A stretch of 64,000 nucleotides of DNA from an uncultured archaeon (GTDB taxonomy: Archaea; Asgardarchaeota; Lokiarchaeia; Sigyniarchaeales; SOKP01). The notes beneath the pieces were generated by a model. It saw only the letters and a list, made by a program, of their open reading frames with translations. It did no database searches and had not been told where the DNA came from. Where the stretch lies: the NCBI GenBank assembly GCA_964632315.1, contig CAZWEM010000009.1, positions 49,081-113,080 of the forward strand, in the 5' to 3' direction. The position numbers and the translations under genes were made by a program. Positions 51,360 through 61,053 of this stretch are shown here, piece by piece; within the stretch, counting starts at the first letter, position 1, and the number at the start of each line of letters is the position of its first letter.

Positions 51360-52943
51360 ATGGCTGTTGATAGGATAATTCCTTTTCTGATGAATATTGG
51401 TGAAGTAATACCCACGAGATCAAAAGCGACGTTATTGGATGAAATGGCAATCGCATTAATAGAAGCGATAAATATTCAGGGTAAAAAATTAAAAAAATTA
51501 GGGAAAATAAATAGAATTAGTGTCTGTTTTTGGCCAGTACGCTTAATTCCATTAAATGAAACAAGAGCTAGTGTTTGTAGTTATCTACTTAATGAACAAG
51601 AAAAATTAAGCGTGGGTAAATTTGCACAAGTTCCTCCTAATCCAGAAAATTTGATCAAAGGAGCTGATCCAGAATCTTTTTTAAGTTCATTACAATCATA
51701 TAACACTACTTACTTGAAAAAATCTAAAAACTACAAGCGAGGAACAGTAATTCAAGAAGCTCTATTTAGTGCTGATGAGGTTGATTATTTTAAAAGCTTT
51801 TTCTTGAATCAATATAATATAAACTCATTTAATGAACCATATTTTCTCCTTGAAGGTGGGCCGATTCCAAAGAGCATTAGCCAGGCGAAAATCGTTCCTG
51901 ATGTCTACGACTATATTGAGCAGAAAGATGTTAAAATGTTGGATGACTACGGCTTACTCATAACAAAATTGTGCGATCAATGGATTCAGAGAGGCTCAAA
52001 AAATGTTGACCAAATCAGAAGCAAAAAAATCGATACTAGTGAAGAAGAAAAACAATTAGAATTACTTAACAAGGAAATAGAGACTGAAAAAGCCAAAAAA
52101 ATTGAAGGAACTCCTGAAGAATTAGTAAAGTCAGGAAAGTACAAAATAAATGATAAAACAAGTGAGTTACATAATGATAACAATCAAATAAAGAGCAGCA
52201 TCGATCGTCTTAAAGCTGCAATCAATAAAAGTGATTTATTCGAAGTTGAAAACTCATTAAAAGACTTAGAAATTAAGTATCAAGATTTAGGTAATGCTAT
52301 AAGTAGATATAATAATGAAATGATGCAACTGAGAAAAAATGTTCAAAAAGAAATCTCAGATTTAGAAAGTACAAAACAACAAAAAATTAGAGAATTAGAA
52401 CGAAAAAGATCTGAAGTGGAGAGCAAGGTTCAATCTAAACATAGTGAATTAAGTAGTGATTTGAGTGATGCAGAATCTATAATAGCTACTATTAAACAAG
52501 AAAAACAAGCGTGTTTAGATAATATTGAATCCATTAAAGATAAAGAAATGAGCGATGTTCAAGACTTCTTTAGAAATTATTCTATTGAGATTAACACTCA
52601 AAATGTTATAGTTGGTGTTCCAATGTTTATATTTTATTTTGTAGATCCTAACACTCGAAGAACTACCTTAAGATCTCCAGTACTTCCTTTACTCGTTGAA
52701 AAAGGAAAAGTGCATAAAACAAAAGTTACTGAAGGATTTAGGAGCAAATTAGAAGATTTAATGAATAAAGACAATGCAATGATTAACTTAGTTGAAAAAG
52801 GCGGAGAAAAGGGAAATTTAATGGATATGAAGAATTTAGATACGCACCTTGATGAATCGATAAATGATCTTCGGATGCGAAAAATAATAGGTAAAAAAGA
52901 AGCAGAAAAAGCCAAAGATGTGGTAAATAATTTAGTTTGGTAA
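51360..52943 (+). CDS. Hypothetical long coiled-coil protein
   Basis: Central E/K/Q-rich heptad region flanked by globular segments (CFWPVRLIP and VGVPMFIFYF). Confidence 0.75.
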   Translation: MAVDRIIPFLMNIGEVIPTRSKATLLDEMAIALIEAINIQGKKLKKLGKINRISVCFWPVRLIPLNETRASVCSYLLNEQEKLSVGKFAQVPPNPENLIKGADPESFLSSLQSYNTTYLKKSKNYKRGTVIQEALFSADEVDYFKSFFLNQYNINSFNEPYFLLEGGPIPKSISQAKIVPDVYDYIEQKDVKMLDDYGLLITKLCDQWIQRGSKNVDQIRSKKIDTSEEEKQLELLNKEIETEKAKKIEGTPEELVKSGKYKINDKTSELHNDNNQIKSSIDRLKAAINKSDLFEVENSLKDLEIKYQDLGNAISRYNNEMMQLRKNVQKEISDLESTKQQKIRELERKRSEVESKVQSKHSELSSDLSDAESIIATIKQEKQACLDNIESIKDKEMSDVQDFFRNYSIEINTQNVIVGVPMFIFYFVDPNTRRTTLRSPVLPLLVEKGKVHKTKVTEGFRSKLEDLMNKDNAMINLVEKGGEKGNLMDMKNLDTHLDESINDLRMRKIIGKKEAEKAKDVVNNLVW

Positions 52944-52964
52944 TAATATTATTTCTTTTTTTTA

Positions 52965-53141
52965 TTAAATATATCTCATTTGTTGCCCACAACAAATTGG
53001 AATTGCTTTATGTTCACAAGTATCTGGATTACAGCAGCATAAAAGATGGCTATCTCTCGCAATCATGGATTCACCACAGCAAGTGGGAACTTCTAACGTA
53101 CGACCACATATTTCACATTCAAGTTGAGTAATTTCAATCAC
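52965..53141 (-). CDS. Small Cys-rich tandem desulforedoxin-like metal-binding protein (58 aa)
   Basis: Below the ORF-track cutoff. GTG start gives MIEITQLECEICGRTLEVPTCCGESMIARDSHLLCCCNPDTCEHKAIPICCGQQMRYI, with 10 Cys and two P-x-CCG-x-x-M motifs. Confidence 0.8.
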   Translation of the reverse strand: MIEITQLECEICGRTLEVPTCCGESMIARDSHLLCCCNPDTCEHKAIPICCGQQMRYI

Positions 53142-53327
53142 CAAAAATTTTATTTTTAATCAACATACCCTAAAAAATCAAATTAAAAAAAAGCTCTATT
53201 TATATAATATAAAATAAACCCAAAGAACCAATTATATTTGATTCGCTTCGCTTTAGCACTGATTTAAAAACCTTCAATTATCATGCTTCATACTAATTAG
53301 TAGACTTATTTTAACTGGAGATAATTG

Positions 53328-54581
53328 ATGGCTGAAAAATTAAATCTAGACAATTCCTTTCGCTTATATGATGAAGCCTTAAAGGTGATTCCTGGAGCCA
53401 TATTAGGAATTAGGCGACCCTATAATTTCGTAGAAGGAGAATACCCGATATTTTTCGAAAAAGCAAAAGGGGGTAAAGTTATAGATGTTGACGGAAATGA
53501 ATATATTGATATGCTATGTGCCTATGGTCCAATAATTATCGGTCATAGAGAAGAGGAAATTGATAATGCTGTAATAGATCAGATAAAAAATAAAGGTTTC
53601 TGTTTTTCATTAACTCAGCCCATTCAAAATGAGTTAGCTAAAACCTTAAGAAATTTAATACCCTCATGTGAGAAAATAGTATTCATGAAAATGGGATCGG
53701 ACGCAACTACTGCTGCTATTCGCACAGCAAGAGCATATACTAAAAGAACAAAGATCTTACATTGTGGATATCATGGTTGGCATGATTGGAGTTGCGAGGT
53801 TTATGGAAATGATGCAGGTATTCCAGACAAATTAAAGGAGGACATAATCCCATTTGAATATAATAATTTAGTGCAAATTGAATCAATATTAAAGAAGAAT
53901 AAAGATCAAATCGCGGGAATTATTCTCACTCCAATAAACACGCCCGGTGGTAGAGAAGTAGAGATGCCCAAGCCAGGATATTTAGAAGGATTACGTAAAA
54001 TCTGTGATGAAAAAGATATAATGTTGATATTTGATGAAATAAGAACTGGTTTTCGGGTTGATATGGGGGGAGCACAAAAGATGTTTGGTGTCACACCCGA
54101 CTTAGCCGCATTTGGAAAGGCAATGGGTAATGGTTATCCCATAAGTACTCTAGTTGGCAAAAAAGAAGTAATGGATGTATTGGTTGATAAAGTTTTTCTG
54201 AGTTCAACGTTTTTCCCAAATAGTTTATCACAGATTGCTTCTATTAAGACTCTCGAGATTTTACAACGGGAAAATGTATTAAACGTAATTGCAGAAAGAG
54301 GAAAAAGATTTGCAAAATGTGTAAACGATACTATCCAAGATAACAATATCCCTTGTACCTTCACGGGTGAACCTTGGATGCCATATATTACGTTTGATCC
54401 TGATCCCGACTTTGTCTACCGTAAATTAAGAGAAGAATTCTATAGGCAATTAATACGTAGGAGGATTTTCTTGCAGCCATTCCATCATGGGTATATAGCA
54501 TATCGTCATTCAGAAGAAGACCTAAATTATGCAGCTGAAATGATTGATGAGTCTTTGAGGTTGTGTAAACGACAAGCATAA
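53328..54581 (+). CDS. kat: 3-aminobutyryl-CoA aminotransferase (class III PLP enzyme)
   Basis: Class III motifs FDEIRTGFR and FGKAMGNG. Motifs GIRRPYNFVEGEYPIFF, KGFCFSLTQ, VFLSSTFFPNS, PWMPYITF and QPFHHGYI match my recollection of Kat from Ca. Cloacimonas acidaminovorans. kce lies in the same window. Confidence 0.78.
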   Translation: MAEKLNLDNSFRLYDEALKVIPGAILGIRRPYNFVEGEYPIFFEKAKGGKVIDVDGNEYIDMLCAYGPIIIGHREEEIDNAVIDQIKNKGFCFSLTQPIQNELAKTLRNLIPSCEKIVFMKMGSDATTAAIRTARAYTKRTKILHCGYHGWHDWSCEVYGNDAGIPDKLKEDIIPFEYNNLVQIESILKKNKDQIAGIILTPINTPGGREVEMPKPGYLEGLRKICDEKDIMLIFDEIRTGFRVDMGGAQKMFGVTPDLAAFGKAMGNGYPISTLVGKKEVMDVLVDKVFLSSTFFPNSLSQIASIKTLEILQRENVLNVIAERGKRFAKCVNDTIQDNNIPCTFTGEPWMPYITFDPDPDFVYRKLREEFYRQLIRRRIFLQPFHHGYIAYRHSEEDLNYAAEMIDESLRLCKRQA

Positions 54582-54622
54582 AAAAAAATTAAATTGAGAG
54601 AATATGGAATTTACTTTTCATA

Positions 54623-55237
54623 TTAAGTGGGTATTGTTCCATATACAAAGTAAGGCTTGAAACTGAGAATTGCTGGAATTAACGAAAATGTAAAACAAAT
54701 TAGAGCAATTATAGCACCCAATACTTGCATTTTCTTATTAAAGGCCTTACTTTCTAACATTTTATTCTCGCTCTTTAATGGGACGGAACTTTCGGGATTC
54801 CAAACTTCATCCATTCTAAACGCGCTAGCAGCTGGCACAGAGCCTTGCATGCCATAAGTTAGATGGGTTACCCCGGGATCATGGTGAAACACATTACCTT
54901 TTTTATTTACTTTCATTTTATAGTAATTAGACCCTTGCTCAAGCGAGCTAATGAGTAATAAAACAAGGATAATAGACTCTGGGATAGTTAGAAAACCACT
55001 ATAAGGAATTACTAATATTAGAGGAATGCTACTAATTATCATAGCAATATAGAAATAGAAAAAATACGATTTGGATGCTAAGAATGTATAAAAACCCACT
55101 CCAATTAGACTTATAAAAGCTATTGAACTCAAAATCGTAAAAGTGAGATTAACGAACGCATTAAGTAAGAAATATGTAAAGATAAATGCGTGCAATCCCA
55201 TTATTATTAAATAACCAAGATTTTTGAGAAAGGCCAA
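54623..55237 (-). CDS. Hypothetical membrane protein
   Basis: Several hydrophobic segments. TTG start. Confidence 0.6.
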   Translation of the reverse strand: MAFLKNLGYLIIMGLHAFIFTYFLLNAFVNLTFTILSSIAFISLIGVGFYTFLASKSYFFYFYIAMIISSIPLILVIPYSGFLTIPESIILVLLLISSLEQGSNYYKMKVNKKGNVFHHDPGVTHLTYGMQGSVPAASAFRMDEVWNPESSVPLKSENKMLESKAFNKKMQVLGAIIALICFTFSLIPAILSFKPYFVYGTIPT

Positions 55238-55439
55238 TTTTCCATTGAAAATTTTTTATTTCACCCTTTTTTTCAGATTTGTAAATTTATAATTTTACCA
55301 TTAGTATAGAATAAAACCGATATTTAAAACTTATGGCATAGACTTTTTTAGGTTTAAAGTATTAAATCAACATGTTATAAAGAGATTAGAATAATTAGGA
55401 GTAAAAAAAAAGAGTTTGTCTAAAGAGAAACAACGCGAT

Positions 55440-56597
55440 TTATTTCCTTTTAATTAGTTTCAAGAATTTATGTTCACAATACCACCAGAAGACGCCCACA
55501 GAGAAGCATATGATCCAGTTTATAATCAAAAATCCAATATTGGTCAAAAAATCATCAGCTACAATTCCAAAAACATTTACTAATCCATTAAAACCGGGAG
55601 CTATCCACACGTCATTATAAAGTATGTATAGGGTGATATAAAATACGTCCTGGGTTAAATAAACATGAAAGGTAGATTTACTCATTGCTGATATTGATTT
55701 TGACATCCAATTGTGGGGGTTTTTTGGAACAAGGCGTAGAACTATTAAAAAAATTAACGCAGAGTAAATGAATGTTATGTAATTGTAATCTCCCCTAACT
55801 ATACCCGAACCATCAAACTCTAAACGAAAATTGAAAAAATCCCAAGCTATCATGTATACTAAACTAAATGGAAAAAGGCTCCAAACAAATAAGTTCTTTT
55901 TACTAAAAAGATCATGATCTCGTGAAAACCAGAGCCCCATACCAATAGCAGAAAGAACCACAAGTATTGTCTGACGGAAATATATCTCTTTGTTCCAAAG
56001 GTCAAGACTTGTTATAGGCCCTATAAAAAAGAATAGGAATAGATGCATGCTAAACTCAATTATAAAACAGAGTGTTAACGTGAGTATGGGCGATTTAATA
56101 AAAAACCAATATAACAATGGAATTAGTAATATGGATTGGAATAAAACTGGAATGAACCAATTACCAGGACCTTGTAAAAGTGATTTTTGAAAAACAATAT
56201 ATTCTAAAAACCAATTTTCACTGAATATTTCTGGAAAAATGCTTCCATAAATGATAAAACCAACAGTTGTTGATACGAGGTAAAAAATCAAGTAAGGAAA
56301 AAGAAACCGCCAAAATTTTTTCTTAAAATATTCAATCGAGTATAATTCTCTGAGAGTTTCTTTCCCTTGCTTTTTAAATGAATTACCCCAATTAAAACCT
56401 AATATAATCAAGAACATAGGAATAGCTGTTCGTTCCCATAGTTCGAGTCCAAAACCCCAATGGTTTGTATATCCTAAAGAGTGGTCAATAATCACAAATG
56501 CAATCATGACTGCTTTCAATAAATCAATCTGGAAATAATTTCCTTTACTCTTCATGAAACTAGGATTTTTTTCAACAGTAGAGATATTATTTTTCAT
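55440..56597 (-). CDS. Acyltransferase family 3 (OafA-like) membrane protein
   Basis: QIDLLKAVMIAFVIIDH, AIPMF.IILG, KKFWRFLFPY, WFI, STFHVYLTQ. Confidence 0.82.
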   Translation of the reverse strand: MKNNISTVEKNPSFMKSKGNYFQIDLLKAVMIAFVIIDHSLGYTNHWGFGLELWERTAIPMFLIILGFNWGNSFKKQGKETLRELYSIEYFKKKFWRFLFPYLIFYLVSTTVGFIIYGSIFPEIFSENWFLEYIVFQKSLLQGPGNWFIPVLFQSILLIPLLYWFFIKSPILTLTLCFIIEFSMHLFLFFFIGPITSLDLWNKEIYFRQTILVVLSAIGMGLWFSRDHDLFSKKNLFVWSLFPFSLVYMIAWDFFNFRLEFDGSGIVRGDYNYITFIYSALIFLIVLRLVPKNPHNWMSKSISAMSKSTFHVYLTQDVFYITLYILYNDVWIAPGFNGLVNVFGIVADDFLTNIGFLIINWIICFSVGVFWWYCEHKFLKLIKRK

Positions 56598-56847
56598 TTT
56601 TTTTAGAACTCTTTATTGGAAATATAATTTATTTCTAATTCACGTAAATTATTAAATCCCACCTTAACCTTATTCATTTTTTATTCAAAAAATTTCTTAC
56701 CACATACCAAGAGTAGTTTCAAAATCTTTTTGGTATCTTCGTTTGATTGTGAAATTTAAAATAATTTAATAAGCTTGAAAATTCAAGCTAAGTTTATTAA
56801 TTTAAAAAAAATATCTTTTGTACATGAATTTAAAAGGGTTAATAGAA

Positions 56848-57657
56848 ATGCCATATTTTGATAATGAAGGTGTTAAAATATATTATGAAATTATAGGGGA
56901 AGGACCACCCGTGATAATGATACACGGGTTTGCTTCAAACATCCAAGGTAATTGGAAAGATAGCAACTGGGTAGAGTTTCTAAAGAATAATTATCAATTA
57001 GTACTTGTGGACTGTCGTGGACACGGAAAAAGTGATAAGCCTAAAGATTCTACTCAGTATGGAGAAAAAATAAATGAGGATATCGTCAAATTACTTGAGT
57101 ATTTATCTATTCAGAAAGCTAATTTTTTCGGATATTCTATGGGGGGAAGAATTACTACAGATATTTTACTTGAAAATCAGGATCTTTTTATTAGTGCTAT
57201 TATTGGAGGATTCCCCCTCCACTATTCCAAAAAAAGAACAAAATTTATTGGTAAAGTAATGATGAAAAAATGGATAAAGGGTTTAAAAAAAGCAGATCTT
57301 AATGATGTAAAAAATAAAAGCGCGCTAAGATTCCGAAAAGTAATATCAACTTATACGGATTCTAACTCCCAAGATCTTGAAGCGTTAATGTATGTTTTGG
57401 AAGGAGATATTCAACGTCCCGATGGTATAATTCCAACTGATCCCAGAAGGAAAGAAGCGCTTAAAAAAATCTATGTGCCAATTCTGAACGTTTTTGGATC
57501 TGAGGATTCCTTATCAAAAGATAAATCTGTCTTAGCTCAATTAGTACCAGGCTCTATTCTGATCCAAATCGAAGGAAAAGACCATATCAGTGTTGTCAGT
57601 GATCCCAGGTTTCACATGGTAGTAAAGGCTTTTTTAGATTATGTAAACAAGAATTAA
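56848..57657 (+). CDS. Alpha/beta hydrolase
   Basis: GPPVIMIHGF, DCRGHGKS, GYSMGG, GSED, DH. ATG 56848 preferred. Confidence 0.88.
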   Translation: MPYFDNEGVKIYYEIIGEGPPVIMIHGFASNIQGNWKDSNWVEFLKNNYQLVLVDCRGHGKSDKPKDSTQYGEKINEDIVKLLEYLSIQKANFFGYSMGGRITTDILLENQDLFISAIIGGFPLHYSKKRTKFIGKVMMKKWIKGLKKADLNDVKNKSALRFRKVISTYTDSNSQDLEALMYVLEGDIQRPDGIIPTDPRRKEALKKIYVPILNVFGSEDSLSKDKSVLAQLVPGSILIQIEGKDHISVVSDPRFHMVVKAFLDYVNKN

Positions 57658-57924
57658 CTAGATTTTAACTTATAAAAAACAAGAAGTATAGAAAAAACTG
57701 AATTAAAAGTTTTAAATTTAAGAAGGAGTATTATAATGGAAGAAAAAATAACTCCTGAATCAATCATTCACTTTTTCCACTTTTTTTTAATTTTATTTCT
57801 CTCTAGATCATTTAAGAGAGATTGATAAATTCCAGTTAAGCTGATTAAAAACTTGTCGAATTTAGAGTTAAAGAAAATTCCTTCAAGTAGAATACTATTT
57901 ATATTTTGGATGGGATTAGAACAT

Positions 57925-59343
57925 ATGGAAAAAAAGTCATATCCAAACATAGTTTTTATACTTGCTGACGATTTAGGCTATGGTGATGTGGGTTGTTATG
58001 GCTCTAAAAAAATACCCACCCCTCATTTGGATAAAATTGCTTCAAAGGGTATAAGATTTACAGATGCGCATTCTACTTCTGCAGTTTGTTCACCAAGTAG
58101 ATATTCAATAATTACAGGCAGGTATAATTGGAGATCTTCATTAAAGCGAGGAGTATTGTGGGGATATAGTTGGCCCATTATTGAAAAATACAGGTCAACT
58201 ATTGCTTCTATACTTAAAAAGAAAGGTTATCATACTGCTGCGATAGGAAAATGGCATTTAGGCCTCAAATGGCCTACTCCTGATTATGAACCAGTCATGA
58301 ATTTAATGGAGAAAGATCCTGATATTGATTATACTAAACCAATAAAAGGGGGTCCAATCTCCTTAGGATTTGACTATTTTTTTGGAATTCCAGGTTCTCT
58401 TGACATGCATCCTTACTGCTTCATTGAAAATGACCACACCGTAGGAATTCCCAGCATTATGAAAGAAGAATTGTACCAACAACAAGTAGAGGGGTTAATG
58501 AGCCCGGGATGGCGAGATGAAGAAGTTGATATTAAATTCACAGATAAAGCTAAAGAATTCATAAATAAACACGTGGAGGAGCAGAATGATAAACCATTCT
58601 TTTTATATTTTTGTACCTCAGCTCCTCATCGTCCATGTGATATTAGACCAAGTTTTGTTATTGGGAAAAGTAATGCAGGAGATCGAGGAGATATGGTTGT
58701 ATTTTTTGATTGGATTGTAGGTCAGATTTATCAAGAGCTCGAACGTTTACAATTGTTGGATAATACTTTATTAATTATTTCAAGTGATAATGGAGCTCGA
58801 GCTACTTGTTATAACGGGAAAGATTATGATCATAAATCAAATGGTAATTGGAGAGGTCAGAAAGGTGATATATGGGAAGGTGGTCATCGAATACCATTAA
58901 TTGCCAAATGGGAGGGGCATATTCACGAAAATCAAGTTTCAGAGGAGAGCATTTGCTTAGTAGACATTTTTTCAACCTTGAGTGCAATAATCGAAGAAAG
59001 TATCCCAAATGGAGCAGCAGAAGATAGTAAGAATATGATTAATGCATTGATTGGTAATAAAAAACAAAAAAGTATAAGAACTTCTATGATACATCATTCT
59101 GATATTGGAATCTTCGCAATTCGTAAAGGTGACTGGAAATTAATTAAAGGACTTGGTTCGGGTGGATTCACACCACCAAAAAGAAAAAGAGCAAAAGAAG
59201 GGGAACCGAATGGCCAATTATACAATTTAAGAAAAGATCCACAAGAAAAAAATAATCTTTGGAATGAAAAATTTGAACTTGTTGAAGAACTAAAACAGAA
59301 TTTGGCTAAGATTCGAAATAAGAACGAATTTAATGAATATTGA
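57925..59343 (+). CDS. Arylsulfatase (Cys-type formylglycine sulfatase)
   Basis: PNIVFILADDLGYGD, VCSPSRYSIITGRY (CxPxR), GKWHLG, SSDNG, KGDIWEGGHRIP. ATG 57925 preferred. Confidence 0.92.
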   Translation: MEKKSYPNIVFILADDLGYGDVGCYGSKKIPTPHLDKIASKGIRFTDAHSTSAVCSPSRYSIITGRYNWRSSLKRGVLWGYSWPIIEKYRSTIASILKKKGYHTAAIGKWHLGLKWPTPDYEPVMNLMEKDPDIDYTKPIKGGPISLGFDYFFGIPGSLDMHPYCFIENDHTVGIPSIMKEELYQQQVEGLMSPGWRDEEVDIKFTDKAKEFINKHVEEQNDKPFFLYFCTSAPHRPCDIRPSFVIGKSNAGDRGDMVVFFDWIVGQIYQELERLQLLDNTLLIISSDNGARATCYNGKDYDHKSNGNWRGQKGDIWEGGHRIPLIAKWEGHIHENQVSEESICLVDIFSTLSAIIEESIPNGAAEDSKNMINALIGNKKQKSIRTSMIHHSDIGIFAIRKGDWKLIKGLGSGGFTPPKRKRAKEGEPNGQLYNLRKDPQEKNNLWNEKFELVEELKQNLAKIRNKNEFNEY

Positions 59344-59412
59344 AGTTAGATTGATAAACCATCGTCTTCTCTTCCATTCATCTGGGAATCAGATAAAATT
59401 ACTACTTAGGAT

Positions 59413-59934
59413 TTAATCTTCCTCCAACTCAACCCTATATCGACAGCATTTATCACCTTTGGTGAGCAATTTAGTGAACCCTTCAGTTTTAAACTTCGGG
59501 TTTAGCGCCTTGACAAAGCTTCTAAGAGATTCGCCAATTAATACTTCACAAAGATCAGGTTCCGCTGACCATGGTTCCGTGACAGGGCAAGTAAAGAGTT
59601 CTTTTTCAAAAGCTTTAGGGGTGTTTTCAACATAACCTTCCCAGAAATTCGCATATCTATCATCTATGAAATCAACCATCTTAGGAATCTTCATGCAATC
59701 CCTGAAATCTTCTGGTTTGCAGCCCACTATTTTCATAATTGTTTCTGCATCTCTTTTACCCCTTTCTCGATTTACTTCCTTAAGTTTTTCCACGAATTTT
59801 TCGCCTCCGGTTTCCTTACCTACTGTATAAAGTAAGACTGCCATCTGAGCCAAAGCTTTTGTCCAATTCTTATAACGCTTTCCCATTTCTTCCTCGCTAA
59901 TCGGATACTTTTCATAATCAGGTATTTCTTTCAT
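59413..59934 (-). CDS. V4R/ATC-hydrolase-like small-ligand-binding protein
   Basis: TCP...W...LC...LNP......LL.KGD.CC.Y motif pattern. Confidence 0.7.
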   Translation of the reverse strand: MKEIPDYEKYPISEEEMGKRYKNWTKALAQMAVLLYTVGKETGGEKFVEKLKEVNRERGKRDAETIMKIVGCKPEDFRDCMKIPKMVDFIDDRYANFWEGYVENTPKAFEKELFTCPVTEPWSAEPDLCEVLIGESLRSFVKALNPKFKTEGFTKLLTKGDKCCRYRVELEED

Positions 59935-60197
59935 GATATTTTTTCCTCATAAAAATAATCATCACTAAACTAATTTTAGCGATTTTTCACTACTATATTT
60001 TGCTAATATATTGTCGTTTAAATTACTTTTTGTTTATAATTCGATTTTAATGCCTACTAATCACTACAGACCCAATTAGGTTTTATACATCTTGTCTCTT
60101 CATCTTTGAAGTAAACAATGAAATATAAAGATAAATTATCGTTCTTGAATATATTAACATAAAAAAATAAAATAATAAGAAGAAGATTAGTTTTAAA

Positions 60198-61007
60198 TTA
60201 TTTTGTTCCCCATTTAGCTAATTTCATGTAGCGACGAATCGTGCCTTTTCTTGCTGTAGGATTAAATAATTTTAATAAAATTCGACCAAGTGTACCAGGC
60301 ATCACCATCATTTTTTTCGCTTTCAATGCTTCATACGCCTTTCTTGCCACGTAATCTGGATCATGGGCAATTCTATTGTCTTTATCAAAAGTTTTTAAAT
60401 CATCCATTCTGGCAGCATGTTGAAATCCCGTTCTTGTTGGTGGCGGTAATAAAACAGTGATGTTTACATTTACTCCAAGATCTTTCAATTCTTCATTTAT
60501 TGCTACCCCATAATAAAAGCTGAAAGATTTCGCGGCACTATATGCTGCAGATTTAGGAGTAGGCCCTAAGCCTCCCTGTGAGGAGGTAATTAAGATTTTT
60601 CCACTGTTTTTGGTAACCATATCTTTCAAATAATAACGCGTTATAAGATAGTTTGTAACGACGTTCAAATTGATCATGGCTAAATCACGTTCTATTTCAA
60701 ATTCATGATACCATCCATAAGCTCCAAAACCCGCATTATTGCATAAAATTTCGATATCATACCCGTTTTGAGTGGTAAACTCATGTAGTTCCTTCGCAGC
60801 CTTTTGAACGGCTAAATCTTGTTGATGATAAATGATATTAACTGTTGGCATATTTTCGTCAAACCATGCTTTCGCACGGTCTAATTCTTCCTGAGGTTTT
60901 GCCACTATAATAAGATTATAACCATCTTTTGCCAATAATTTGGAGAGTTCCATTCCAATTCCGCTGGAACCACCAGTGATTAAAGCAAATTTTTGATTTT
61001 TTTCCAT
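60198..61007 (-). CDS. Short-chain dehydrogenase/reductase (DltE-like)
   Basis: ITGGSSGIG, NNAGFG, YSAAK. Confidence 0.88.
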   Translation of the reverse strand: MEKNQKFALITGGSSGIGMELSKLLAKDGYNLIIVAKPQEELDRAKAWFDENMPTVNIIYHQQDLAVQKAAKELHEFTTQNGYDIEILCNNAGFGAYGWYHEFEIERDLAMINLNVVTNYLITRYYLKDMVTKNSGKILITSSQGGLGPTPKSAAYSAAKSFSFYYGVAINEELKDLGVNVNITVLLPPPTRTGFQHAARMDDLKTFDKDNRIAHDPDYVARKAYEALKAKKMMVMPGTLGRILLKLFNPTARKGTIRRYMKLAKWGTK

Positions 61008-61053
61008 TTATTTTCTCCCTTTTAGATTGAGTCTATAAATAAATTTTAAAAAA

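Noticed and set aside
52937-53131. 64-aa plus-strand ORF from the track
   Set aside because: It is the shadow of the Cys-rich minus-strand mini-gene at 52965-53141, which has recognisable motifs.
53325-54581. hemL (glutamate-1-semialdehyde aminomutase)
   Set aside because: It lacks the HemL-type GGVNSPVR and GTLSGNP motifs, no heme genes are nearby, and it fits Kat better.
9035-59343. Sulfotransferase and arylsulfatase as one sulfation/desulfation system
   Set aside because: They are about 48 kb apart with no shared context, so no link can be supported from the sequence.
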